From Squalus acanthias (lineage: Eukaryota), in assembly GCA_030390025.1 (NCBI GenBank), contig CM059428.1, positions 74,524,001 through 74,588,000 of the forward strand: a stretch of DNA of 64,000 nucleotides, written 5' to 3'. Under the pieces are notes generated by a model that saw only the letters and a program-made list of their open reading frames with translations, was not told the origin of the DNA and ran no database searches. Below, piece after piece: positions 38,841-50,270 of the stretch. Numbering within the stretch: the stretch's first letter is position 1; each line of letters begins with the position of its first letter. The position numbers and the translations under genes were made by a program.

Positions 38841-41792
38841 TCATGTCCAATTTCCTGCCCGCTCCCCGTAACCCCTAATTCCCTTTACTTCTAGGAAACT
38901 GTCTATTTCTGTTTTAAATTTATTTAATGATGTAGCTTCCACAGCTTCCTGGGGCAGCAAATTCCACAGACCTACTACCCTCTGAGTGAAGAAGTTTCTC
39001 CTCATCTCAGTTTTGAAAGAGCAGCCCCTTATTCTAAGATTATGCCCCCTAGTTCTAGTTTCACCCATCCTTGGGAACATCCTTACCGCATCCACCCGAT
39101 CAAGCCCCTTCACAATCTTATATGTTTCAATAAGATCGCCTCTCATTCTTCTGAACTCCAATGAGTAGAGTCCCAATCTACTCAACCTCTCCTCGTATGT
39201 CCACCCCCTCATCCCGGGGATTAACCGAGTGAACCTTCTTTGTACTGCCTCGAGAGCAAGTATGTCTTTTCTTAAGTATGGACACCAAAACTGCATGCAG
39301 TATTCCAGGTGCGGTCTCACCAATACCTTATATAACTGCAGCAATACCTCCCTGTTTTTATAATCTATCCCCCTAGCAATAAAAGCCAACATTCCGTTGG
39401 CCTTCTTGATCACCTGCTGCACCTGTATACTAACTTTTTGATTTTCTTGCACTAGGACCCCCAGATCCCTTTGTACTGCAGTACTTTCCAGTTTCTCACC
39501 ATTAAGATAATAACTTGCTCTCTGATTTTTCCTGCCAAAGTGCATAACCTCACATTTTCCAATATTGTATTGTATCTGCCAAATCTCTGCCCACTCACCC
39601 AGCTTGTCTATATCCCCTTGTAGGTTTTTTATGTCCTCCTCACTTTCTACTTTCCCTCCCATCTTTGTATCATCTGCAAACTTTGATATGTTACACTCGG
39701 TCCCCTCCTCCAAATCATTAATATAGATTGTAAAGAGTTGGGGACCCAGCACCGACCCCTGCGGAACACCATTGGCTACTGGTTGCCAGTCCGAGAATGA
39801 ACCATTTATCCCAACTCTCTGCTTCCTGTTAGATAACCAATCCTCCACCCATGCCAGAATATTCCCCCCAATCCAGTGATTTTTTATCTTGAGCAATAAT
39901 CTTTTATGTGGCACCTTGTCGAATGCCTTCTGGAAGTCTAAATACACTACGTCCATTGGTTCCCCTTTATCCACCCTGTACGTTATGTCCTCAAAGAACT
40001 CAAGCAAATTTGTCAGACATGATTTCCCCTTCATAAAGCCATGCTGACTTTGTCCTATCAAATTATGTTTATCTAAATGTTCCGTTACTGTCTCCTTAAT
40101 AATAGACTCCAAAATTTTACCCACCACAGATGTTAGACTAACTGGTCTATAATTTCCAGCTTTCTGCCTACTACCCTTTTTAAATAAGGGTGTTACATTA
40201 GCAGTTTTCCAATCTGCCGGGACCTTTGCTGAGTCCAGGGAATTTTGGAAAATTATTACCAAAGCATCCACAATCCCTGCTGCCACTTCCCTCAAGACCC
40301 TAGGATGTAAGCCATCAGGTCCAGGGGATTTATCTGCCTTGAGTCCCATTATTTTACTGAGTACCAATTCCTTAGTGATTTTAATCGTATTTAGCTCCTC
40401 CCCCCCTAGAGCCCCCTGTTTGTCCAGTGTTGGGATATTCTTAGTGTCCTCTACCGTAAAGACTGAAACAAAATATTTGTTCAGCATTTTTGCCATCTCC
40501 ATGTTTCCCGTCATTAATTTCCCGGTCTCATCCTCTAAGGGACCTACGTTTGCCTTAGCCACCCTTTTTCTTTTTATATAACTATAGAAACTCTTGCTAT
40601 CTGTTTTTATATTTTTTGCTAATTTATTTTCATAATCTATCTTCCCTTTCTTAATCAATCCTTTAGTTACTTTTTGCTGTCTTTTGAAGACTTCCCAATC
40701 TTCTATCCTCCCACTAAGTTTGGCTACCTTATATGTCCTTGTTTTTAGTTGGATACTATCCTTAATTTCTTTACTTAGCCACGGATGGCTGTCATTTCTT
40801 TGACACACTTTTTTCCTCAGTGGAATATATATTTTTTGAAAGTTGTAAAAGAACTCCTTAAATGAACACCACTGCTCATGTACCGTCTTACCCTTTAATC
40901 TATTTTCCCAGTCCACTTTAATCAATTCCGCTCTCATACCATCATAGTCTCCTTTATTCAAGCTCAGTACGCTTGTCTGAGAACCAACCTTCTCACCCTC
41001 TAATTGGATATGGAATTCAACCATGTTATGGTCACTCATTCCAAGGGGATCCTTAACTAGGACATTATTAATTAATCCTGACTCATTACACAGGACCAGG
41101 TCCAAGGTTGCTTGCCCCCTTGTAGGATCAGTTACATACTGCTCAAGAAATCCATCCCTAATACACTCAATAAACTCTTCCTCAAGGCTGCCCTGCCCAA
41201 TTTGATTTGTCCAGTTAATATGATAGTTAAAATCCCCCATAATTATAGCTGTTCCCTTATTACATGCCCCAACTATTTCCTGATTAATACTTCTTCCAGC
41301 AGAGTTGCAACTATTAGGAGGCCTATATACTACTCCCACTAGTGTTTTTTTCCCTTTATTATTCCTTATCTCCACCCAAACTGTTTCATTATCCTGATCC
41401 TTTGACCCAATATCATTTCTCTGTAATACAGTGATTCCTTCCTTTATTAACATAGCTACCCCACCTCCTCTTCCTTCCTGTCTGTCCTTCCTGATTGTTA
41501 AATACCCTGGCATATTTAATTCCCAGTCGTTGTCACCCTGCAGCCATGTTTCTGTAATGGCCACAAGATCATACCCATACGTAGTTATTTGTACCGTCAA
41601 TTCGTCTATTTTGTTACGAATGCTGCGTGCATTCAGATAAAGAACTTTTAAATATGTTTTGTGACAATTTATTCCTGCTTTTACCCCCTTTACTACTTTA
41701 CCTTTATCTTTATATATTCTGTCCCTTCCTGACACGCTCTGGTTTTTAATTACCCCACTGCTACTTTGCTCTATTGCCTTCTCCGCTGACAT
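38841..41792 (-). CDS. CR1 ORF2: APE endonuclease plus reverse transcriptase, 983 aa, uninterrupted
   Basis: EN motifs YLNARS, AITETWL, VYRPP, MGDFN, SDH; RT motifs YLDFQKAFD, GVPQGSVLGP, FADD. Confidence 0.95.
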   Translation of the reverse strand: MSAEKAIEQSSSGVIKNQSVSGRDRIYKDKGKVVKGVKAGINCHKTYLKVLYLNARSIRNKIDELTVQITTYGYDLVAITETWLQGDNDWELNMPGYLTIRKDRQEGRGGGVAMLIKEGITVLQRNDIGSKDQDNETVWVEIRNNKGKKTLVGVVYRPPNSCNSAGRSINQEIVGACNKGTAIIMGDFNYHINWTNQIGQGSLEEEFIECIRDGFLEQYVTDPTRGQATLDLVLCNESGLINNVLVKDPLGMSDHNMVEFHIQLEGEKVGSQTSVLSLNKGDYDGMRAELIKVDWENRLKGKTVHEQWCSFKEFFYNFQKIYIPLRKKVCQRNDSHPWLSKEIKDSIQLKTRTYKVAKLSGRIEDWEVFKRQQKVTKGLIKKGKIDYENKLAKNIKTDSKSFYSYIKRKRVAKANVGPLEDETGKLMTGNMEMAKMLNKYFVSVFTVEDTKNIPTLDKQGALGGEELNTIKITKELVLSKIMGLKADKSPGPDGLHPRVLREVAAGIVDALVIIFQNSLDSAKVPADWKTANVTPLFKKGSRQKAGNYRPVSLTSVVGKILESIIKETVTEHLDKHNLIGQSQHGFMKGKSCLTNLLEFFEDITYRVDKGEPMDVVYLDFQKAFDKVPHKRLLLKIKNHWIGGNILAWVEDWLSNRKQRVGINGSFSDWQPVANGVPQGSVLGPQLFTIYINDLEEGTECNISKFADDTKMGGKVESEEDIKNLQGDIDKLGEWAEIWQIQYNIGKCEVMHFGRKNQRASYYLNGEKLESTAVQRDLGVLVQENQKVSIQVQQVIKKANGMLAFIARGIDYKNREVLLQLYKVLVRPHLEYCMQFWCPYLRKDILALEAVQRRFTRLIPGMRGWTYEERLSRLGLYSLEFRRMRGDLIETYKIVKGLDRVDAVRMFPRMGETRTRGHNLRIRGCSFKTEMRRNFFTQRVVGLWNLLPQEAVEATSLNKFKTEIDSFLEVKGIRGYGERAGNWT

Positions 41793-41830
41793 TTTTATTT
41801 TTTGCTCTCTTGAAACCTCCCCCCCACTAA

Positions 41831-42787
41831 TTAGTTTAAAGCCCTCTCTACAGCCCTAGTTATTCGATTCGCCAGGACTCTAGTCCCAGCACTGGCCAAG
41901 TGAAGTCCGTCCCAACGGAACAGCTCTCTCCTGTCCCAGTACTGGTGCCAGTGTCCCAGGTAGCAAAACCCATTTCTCCCACACCAGTCTTTGAGCCACG
42001 CATTTAACCCTCTGATTTTATTTACCCTAGCCAAATTTGCTCGTGGCTCAGGTAGTAATCCAGAGATTACTACCCTAGAGGTTCTGTTTTTTAATTTGGC
42101 CCCTAGCTGCTCATACTCCCTCAGCAGAACCTCACTCCTTGTCCTATCTATGTCATTGGTACCAACATGGACCACGACAACTGGATCTTCCCCCTCCCAC
42201 TCCAAGTTTCTCTCCAGCCCAGAGGAGATGTCCTTAACCCTGGCACCGGGCAGGCAACATAGCCTTCGGGACTCTCGCTCTCGGCTGCAAAGAACCCTAT
42301 CTATCCCCTTAATGATACTATCCCCTACCACTACAACATTTCTTTTTACTCCCCCCACTTGAATGGCTCCCCGTACCACAGTGCTGTGGCCAGGTTGCTC
42401 ATCCTCCCTGCAGTCCCTGCTCCCGTCCTCACAGGGAGTAAGAGCCTCGAACCTGTTGGACAAGAGCAAGGGCTGCGGCTCCTCCAACACTACCTCCTGG
42501 ATCCCCGTACCTGCCTCACTCGTAGTCACACCCTCCTGTCCCTGATCATGGGCTACATCTGAATTAGTTCATCTAATTGGTGTGACTACCTCCTGGAACA
42601 CAGAGTCCAGGTAACTCTCCCCCTCCCTGATGTGTCGCAGTGTTTGAAGCTCGGACTCCAGCTCATCAACATGGAGCCGGAGTTCCTCGAGCAGCCAACA
42701 CTTACTGCAAATGTGATCACCGTGAACATCAATGGTGTCCTCCAGCTCCCACATATTGCAGCAGTAACACATCACCTGCTCTCCCAT
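41831..42787 (-). pseudogene. CR1 ORF1: Cys-rich zinc finger, coiled coil and SGNH esterase; one in-frame TGA at 42569-42571
   Basis: ORFs 42569-42787 and 41831-42529 share a frame; CxxC...CxxC, VVVGDS, HVGTND, DGLHL. Confidence 0.9.
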
Positions 42788-43220
42788 TCTATGTAATTAA
42801 TTAAATGTATTACTATTTACCCTTTAATTAATTTAAATTAAACAGATGAAGAGAAATTATTTCCTGGGTGGAGGGGAGATCCAGAACAAGGGGCATAATC
42901 TTAAAATTAGAGCTAGGCCATTTAGGAGTGAAATCAGGAAGCACTTTTTCACACATAGGGTAGTGGAAATCTGGAACTCGCTCCATCAAAAGGTTGTGGA
43001 TGCTGTCTCAATTGGAATTTTCATATCATAACTGAGATGGATAGATTGTTATTGGGTCAGGGTATCAATGGGTATGGAGCAAAGGTGGGTAAATGGAGTT
43101 GAGGTGCACATCAGCCATGATCCAGCTGGATAGCAGAACAGGCACGAGGGGCTAAATGGGCTATTCCTATTCCTATTTTTTTAAACTTCTCTCACGGAGG
43201 AGAATCCAGAACAAGATATA

Positions 43221-43355
43221 GGTCGGAAAGTCCTCGGAGCTGCTTCCATTCCTTCACTGTAACTTTGCTAGAAGTGTGGCAGAACCCCTGTTTACACGCA
43301 CATCCGTCCAAGTTATGGATGTGGAGCAGGAGCAACGTTGAGGAAATTCCCGGCC
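43221..43355. mobile_element. ~135-bp palindromic MITE inside a CR1 3' remnant
   Basis: Related to 28154-28290; flanks ATA and ATT. Confidence 0.6.
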
Positions 43356-43527
43356 ATTATCTTAGAATTTGAGCAATTGAATGATACAGCACAGAGAGGC
43401 TATTTGACCCATCCTGCCTGTGCCGAGGAAACGTCTTTATACAAAGGATTGTTAGAATGTGGAACAAACTGCCTCAGACGGCCGTAGATGCAAAGTTAAT
43501 TGAGGTATTTAAAAGAGACATAGATAA

Positions 43528-43791
43528 CATAGAAACATAGAATCTAGGAGCAGGAGTAGGCCATTCGGCCCGTCGAGCCTGCTCCGCCATTCAATACGAT
43601 CATGGCTGATCATCCAAATCCAGTACCCTGTCCCTGCTTTGATCCCCACAGTACACATATCCCACCCTACCCCCGTAACCCCACGTATTTAATTCCCCCT
43701 AACATATCCCATCCTATCCCCATAACCCCACATATTTAATCCCCCCTAACACTAAGGGTCAATTTATCATAGCCAAATCAACCTAACCCAC
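43528..43791 (-). mobile_element. V-SINE (HE1-like), 5'-truncated
   Basis: Near-identical to 18037-18306; ATAA on both flanks. Confidence 0.75.
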
Positions 43792-45859
43792 ATAATTTCT
43801 TGGGAAGTATGAGTGTTAAAGCATTTGGAGAAAAGCCAAGTAAATTAGGATAAAATAAAGAGCTGCCATTGCTAACAAAATGGAAGAGCAGGCGATGGAC
43901 GGAATGGCCTCCTGCTGTTCCTCTGCAATAAACATCACCTCAGTTCTGGCACGGGTGAAAGGAAATCTTGTTTTTTCTGGTAGTTTGAAAATTGGCTTCT
44001 TACAATAACAACATGAATTTATACAGCGTCTTTAACGTGGAAAATGTCTCAATGTGCTTCACAGAGGCGTAAACTGTTCAGTAATGTTGTATTTAGACGT
44101 TTGTGCAAAAAGAGTATCTCTATCACGTTATAGATCAAGAGGTTATCTATCTCACCGTGATCTGGCGTCTAGATGTATTGGAGTTCGGGTTTTTTTACAC
44201 TTCGCAGGTAGAAGGCTGATGTTAGGGGTTCTGATAGACCAATATTCAGTCAGTTTAATAGCTGTTTTAATGATGTTGTCTCTCCGCGCCGAGCTGTCAC
44301 TCTCCTGCACATCACAGACTCCCTCAGACAGAAAAATAATTGGCCGTTTTTATCCTGCATGGAAAAGGGGACCCGGTGGGAATAAGACGTTTTTTTCCCT
44401 GGGACAATTACATCAAATGCATTCGGCGCAATAACTTCTGGTTCATATTCATGTGTATTTGCTTTTAATGGTCTCAATATCTGAATGTAAAAATTACTAT
44501 CCTTAACCACTCGAATTGCAAAATCAAAAATTATTGCTGAAGAAAATCCAACACCATCTGTTAAGTGCCGGCGCCAGATTAAAAGCCAAAAAAAGGATAG
44601 AGAGGGGTTTGAATGGAAAGTCATTTCCTGTGATCGCAATCGTATTGGACAGTAGCTCCGCAACAGAAAGGGTTAATATGGACAGGGCTCCAGTGTAATC
44701 TGTTCTTGCAAAATAGTGAGGCTAAGCCAGCTGAAAGTTAGTGACATCTACGGGACTGATCGCTCTATAAAGAAATACCAGTAAAGAAATGACCTTAAAT
44801 TGAAAAGTTTCGTTTTCAACTTGTTGTTTAGGGGAGGGTGGGAATAGTTAATATCGATTGGAAAAAAATAAAACAAATAATTGAAACATTGGAGAGAACG
44901 AGGAAAACCGCAAGCGTGAAGTTTCCGAAGCGAACGTTTGAGAACGCACTGCTAATGGAATCCAAACGCCTATGAAATCTTCCACAATTGTCATCTGATT
45001 TACAAGAAAAGTCCACCGAGTTAACGGTAAAAAAAAATGTCTGGGGGTGGGGGGGGGGGGGGGGAGGGTGGAAGGATTAAAACTTCGGTTGCATTTCAGT
45101 GAACCTGAATACCTCTGACTTGACTCAGTTAATGGTTTAAGGCTAATACCTGGAGAAGCTGAAGAGCAAAGGGTTCCTGAGACACATGAGTTCTGTTTGG
45201 TAAAAGTCTGCTCATTTGTGACCCCACTGACTTTACATTCAATATGCAAAGCGAACGGGACTGATGAAGTTGTCTGTCCTGAATATACAACGTGGAAAAT
45301 AAAGTCTGGCACCTTTATATAAATAAACAACAATGACAAACAACATCGTGTTATGGATCAAATTAATCTTCTGTATTAATGTGAAATGAATCAACAACAG
45401 AACTGCAGCAATCTTCAAAGTGATTATTTTGTCCCTGGCCGTTATAGACTTTGAAACATCCCACAGTGAAATGCCAAATGCCAGAATTACTTGTGCGGTA
45501 CTACAGACTGGAGTTTCTAAAACAAGATCAGTTCCAATTCAGAAGGCGATTTGTAAAGTGCAGTAATCTGTGTAAGAGGATAAATATGCAGAATTCTTCA
45601 GAGTGCAAATTGTTAGATCTAGACACAAGAGCTCAATTCTCAGATTTGATGAAATAGCAGATCGTAGCAGCTCGTCCGTTTTCTGTAATCATTACATATT
45701 TGGGAATAAGGTGTAAATGAATTGGTAGAGGTGGAGGTTTTATTTTCCCTTCCCCCAGGTATTGGTTGGAGCTGGTCGCTTTCTCATTTCATTTGGGTGG
45801 AGAGAGATCAAGGAATCTGTTTGTTTATATGTTAACAAATCCCTCCCTCCTCATGTCTG

Positions 45860-46230
45860 ATTAGATTAATAGACGACCAATCAGAGTGGAGGAGCGGGGG
45901 GGGGGGTCTAACTCCACCCTCGGCCCCGCCCCAGAGGCCTCTCGGCCAATGGTCACTCGGAGGGGGCGGCGCCACAAGGCGGACGCCCCGCCCATTGGTT
46001 GACATTTAAAAGCGATTGCGGGATATCCATGTGGAGGAGGGGCTGCGGGGGGAGGGCGAGAAAGGCGGTGTGGGCCAAGGGGGCGGCAGAGCGGCTGCAA
46101 GAATTCAAGACAAATACATTAAAGAGTCGCTGCCGGGTTGTGGTTTCTGATTTTTTTTGATATAGATAGCTATCTATTTTACACTTTTTTTTCTCTAGGT
46201 GGGGGTTGTTGAGTCGAGGGGGTTGGACTC
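45860..46230 (+). promoter_or_regulatory. EOMES: EOMES proximal promoter and 5'UTR, CpG-rich
   Basis: CCAAT at 45877 and 45946, ATTGG at 45994, GC boxes at ~45924 and ~45986, TATA-like CATTTAAAA at 46003; TSS not determined. Confidence 0.75.
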
Positions 46231-46982
46231 ATGATGCAGTTAGCAGAACGATGCTTCCCTTCCACCACTAGCCTGCCCAAGACTTTCTACAGCTTGTCCT
46301 CTTCTCCCGAGAGCCACAGCCCGGCGTCCACACACCTCGAATTCCCGGACACCGATCGAAGCGAAGCTCTCCAGGAGAACGGTGACATTCAGAAAAAATT
46401 CACCAGCTCCACCATGCTGACCGAGAACGAAAGCCACAATTTCGCCAGCTCCAAAGGGGCGGCGGCGGCGGTCGATCGGGGTAAAAGCTCCCCGGCGGCG
46501 GCGGCGGCGGACGAGGACTTGGCAGAAGTTCGCTACAGTTTGGACGGTCTGGGAGCCGAGAGATATTTCCTGTCACCCGTCGCCCCGCAGAACCTGAGCC
46601 CCAGCCATCACCAGCAGCAGTCCCAGCAGCAAGCCGGGGGCAATGCAAGCGCCCTCCTGCCCTACCCGGGCCAGCACCCCTCGGCTTTCCCCGTGAACGG
46701 CGCTAGCAGATACCTGAGTCCTCATTCCGTGCTGACTAACGGCGCCTACAACCCGATCTTAACTCCGGCCGGAGCCCAGGCTTTCCCCCCTTCGGCTTAT
46801 CCAACTTACCCCGGATCAGGGCGCTCTCAGTACGGACACGGTTACCAGAGTGGACCGCTCTACCCACAGTACCAACCGACCATCCCACACCCGACCCGAG
46901 CACAGGTCTACCTCTGCAATCGGGCACTTTGGCTCAAATTTCACCGGCACCAGACCGAGATGATAATCACCAAACAGGGCAG
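46231..46982 (+). CDS. EOMES: Eomesodermin exon 1 (752 nt coding)
   Basis: MQL...SLPKTFYSLSS N-terminus; T-box start YLCNRALWLKFHRHQTEMIITKQG; donor AG/GTAAG. Confidence 0.96.
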
Positions 46983-47721
46983 GTAAGGCTCCATTGCTTT
47001 TATTAAATAACGACCAGCAATTGCACGAGCGTTGGCTTTGCCATATGATGGGCATTGTATCTGCTGAAGTTTTAGTTTTACAAGGTAATAATTCTGAATT
47101 TCACCGTATCTCTGAAATATCGATAATGTAACTAATATATGTGGGGCTATTCTCTCAAGACTTTTGTTCTAATGTGCACTTGATTTTTCTGGCTTATTTT
47201 GAGCTGTGTCCAATGATGGTGCTACAAGTTGTTGCAGAGCAAAAAGAAAGAACTTGCATTTATATAGCGCCTTTCACGAAGTGTCGTCACAGTTGTAATG
47301 TAGGAAATAAAGGGTCGAGAGATGAGATATGCGTCAGGCCCTAAGTAGTATAGGGATGTCAGACATGCTCCATACATGTATCATTAAGGTGTAACGTTCA
47401 GATTTAACTTCAGCTCAAATCATGTGTTTGAAGGCATAAGAGACAGCCGAATCCCGAACCTGAGTGTTCATCTGTAATAATTGAGTATTGTGCTGACCCA
47501 TATACCTGAGGAGAAATCCAGGGCGTGTGCCCTCGAGGTTTGGTGCTGCTCAGCGATACAACCTGTGAGTGTTCACCGGTAATGAAATATTGGAGAACAA
47601 TTTGCACAAGGTTACTGTCGGCCTAAGTTTCCAAATATCACGTGAGATGGATCTATGCCATTCTGAAGATTGTTGGTGAATACAGATAGCGCCGAGTGGT
47701 TCGATTGCTAGCGGTCCCTGA

Positions 47722-48165
47722 CGTGTCAGCTCTGGCTCAGTGGGTAGCACCCTCGCATCTGAGTCATGAAGGTTGTGGGTTCAAGTCCCGCTCCAGAGAC
47801 TTGAGCACAAAAGTCTAGGCTGACACTCCAGTGCAGCACTGAGGGAGTGTTGCACTGTTTTTCGGATGAGACCCGTCTGCTCTCTCAGGTGGACAGTAAA
47901 AGATCCCATGGCACTATTTTGAAGAAGAGCAAGGGAGTTATCCCGTGTCTTAGCCAATATTTATCCCTCAATCAACATCACTAAAACAGATTATCTGGTC
48001 ATTATCACATTGTTGTTTGTGGGAGTTTGCTGTGTGCAAATTGGCTGCCCCGTTTCCGACATTACAAAAGTGACTACACTCCAAAAAGTACTTAATTGGC
48101 TGTAAAGCGCTTTGTGACGTCCGGTGGTTGTGAAAGGCGCTATATAAATGCAAGTATTTCTTTCT
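47722..48165 (+). mobile_element. Deu-domain SINE (SacSINE1-like), near full length, in EOMES intron 1
   Basis: A-box TGGCTCAGTGG, B-box GGTTCAAGTCC, Deu-like core, tail AAAGGCGCTATATAAATGCAAG. Confidence 0.85.
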
Positions 48166-49324
48166 AAATTCCAACACCACTTGTTTTCTCTGGATGTACA
48201 GTTTTTTTGACTGGTGCTACAAGTTGTTTCAGAGCACCAGAGATGAGATAAGTGTCAGGCCCTAAATAGTGTAGGGATATCAGACATATTCCATACATCA
48301 AGTATCATTAAGGAAGGTGTACAGCATAAAAGACTGCGGAATCCCAGAACCTGGGCACTGTCGCCAGAAATCTTTTGTTTTAGAGGAACAGAAAGCTGAT
48401 TAGGTTAAGCAGTCAAGATTCCCGATCTGAATTTGGATTGACATGGTTAATAAATTTATCAGCTAAACCTTATTATAAAGGCGTTGATAAAGCGATCCGC
48501 CCCTTTTATTCTAAAGGTACGGATGAATTCTGGACTGGGAAGAGATTTTGCAGTCATTCTCTGACACTGGACTAACTAGCTTTATATCACTAGTATTAAT
48601 CGTCATTGAGGGTTAAATTCAGTTATATAATTTGAATTTCCTGTATTGATGATTTTATCAAATTAAAACTCAAGTTCCAATGTTCTGGGTGTCGGTAGGG
48701 CTGGGTGTAAAGTGTAATCTATAACGGTATTTTATGGCCATATAGATATTAGGTTTGGGTTTTAAACCAAGGTCTATGTCACTAGCTCTTTTCGCTCTCT
48801 ATACTCTGGTACTCCGAGCAAATCACAAATTCGGTGAGATTGTAAAATTATTCACGTTGTCCAGCTCGAATTATTTTCCACAAGACCGCCTGAATTAGAT
48901 TAATTTGCGACCAGATTCACAGAATCCAGTTACCGGATTGGTGACCTTGAAACAGAATGACATTGATAAATTACCTGTGCTAGCTATCGGGACAACTTCA
49001 TAGAGTTCGCTACAATGATTCATCCATTACATATTCCGTGTTGTTTCTCAATGCACACGATTCCCTTTCTTTGTAACTGCCGGGAAAGTTTCATCCACCA
49101 CATTATTGGTGAGAAATTGTTATGTCGAAGATCACACCTTTATTGGTCCTCACGGAAACAAAGCTTGCAATTGTGTCTTTTTTTCTCTTTTACACATTTA
49201 AAAGTCTGGATCCAGCTTTGGTTTCATTCGTGCAGGGAAGAAAATTATATCACCTTTTGATAGTTTCATTATTATTTTCTCGGTGACGACGTGACACTGA
49301 AAACTATATCCTCTGACTGCTGTT

Positions 49325-50270
49325 ATCGCGCATTTAACGTAGTAAAACGTCCCAAGACGCTTTACAGGAGCGTTAGCAAACAAAAGTTGAGACTGAGCCA
49401 CATAAGGAGATATTGGAGCTGCTGACCAAAAGCTTGGTCAAAGAGGCAGGTATTAAGGAGCACCTTAAAGGCGGAAAGAGAGGGAGAGGGACAGAGAGGT
49501 TTAGCGAGAGAATTCCAGAGCTTAGGGCCTAGGCAGCTGAAGGCAGGGCCAAAAACAAGGATGAGAATTTTAAAATTGAGATATAGCTTAACCGGGAGCC
49601 AATGTAGGTCAGCGAGCACAGGGGTGGTGGGTGAACGGGACTTGGTGTGAGTTAGAACACGGGCAGCTGAGTTTTGAATGACCTCAAGTTTATGGAGGGT
49701 AGAATGTGGGAGGCCAGCCAGGAGTGCATTGGAATAGTCAAGTCTAGAGGTAACAAAGGCATGGATGAGGGTTTCAGCAACAGAGGAGCTGAGGCAGGGG
49801 CGGAGTCTAGTGATGTTCCGGAGGTGGAAATAGGCGGTCTTTATTATGGCGTGTATATGTGGTTGGAGACTCATTTCGGGGTCAAATATGACACCAAGGT
49901 TGGAACAGTCTGGTTCAGCCTCAGGCAGTTGCCAGGGAGAGGGATGGAGTCAGTGGCTAGGGAACAGAGTTTGTGGAGGGGATCGAAGACAATAGCTTCA
50001 GTCTTCCCAATATATAGTTGGAGGAAATTTCTGCTAATCCAGTACTGGATGTTGGACAAGCAGTCTGACAATTTAGAGACGTGAAGGAGTCGAGAGAAGT
50101 GGTGGTGAGGTAGAGCTGGGTGTTCTCAGCATACATGTGGAAACTGATGCTGTGTTTTTGGATGATGTCACAGAGGGGCTGCATGTAGATGAGCAATAGG
50201 AGGGGGCCAAGGATAGATCCTTGGGGGACACCAGAGGTAATGGTGGGGAGTGGGAAGAGAAACCATTGCT
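49325..50270 (-). mobile_element. L2 LINE fragment in EOMES intron 1
   Basis: ORF 49362-49874 ETLIHAFVTSRLDYSNALLAGLP; internal deletion. Confidence 0.9.

Larger units (their letters stand above)
38642..42843 (-). mobile_element. Young near-full-length CR1 LINE
   Basis: ORF1, ORF2, 3'UTR and (TTCTTATG)n tail; AGAT at 38638-38641 and 42844-42847. Confidence 0.95.
37400..43180 (+). mobile_element. Old CR1 (pieces ~37400-38641 and 42844-43180) split by the young antisense CR1
   Basis: ELLNKYFASFFT and RKDILALE remnants; rejoined junction reads GFDQVDEEKLFP in frame. Confidence 0.8.

Noticed and set aside
45261-45285. CTGATGA as a possible further hammerhead
   Set aside because: No GAAA box (GAAT instead) and no stem II
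47722-47795. tRNA gene
   Set aside because: A and B boxes run directly into the SINE body, so it is a SINE head
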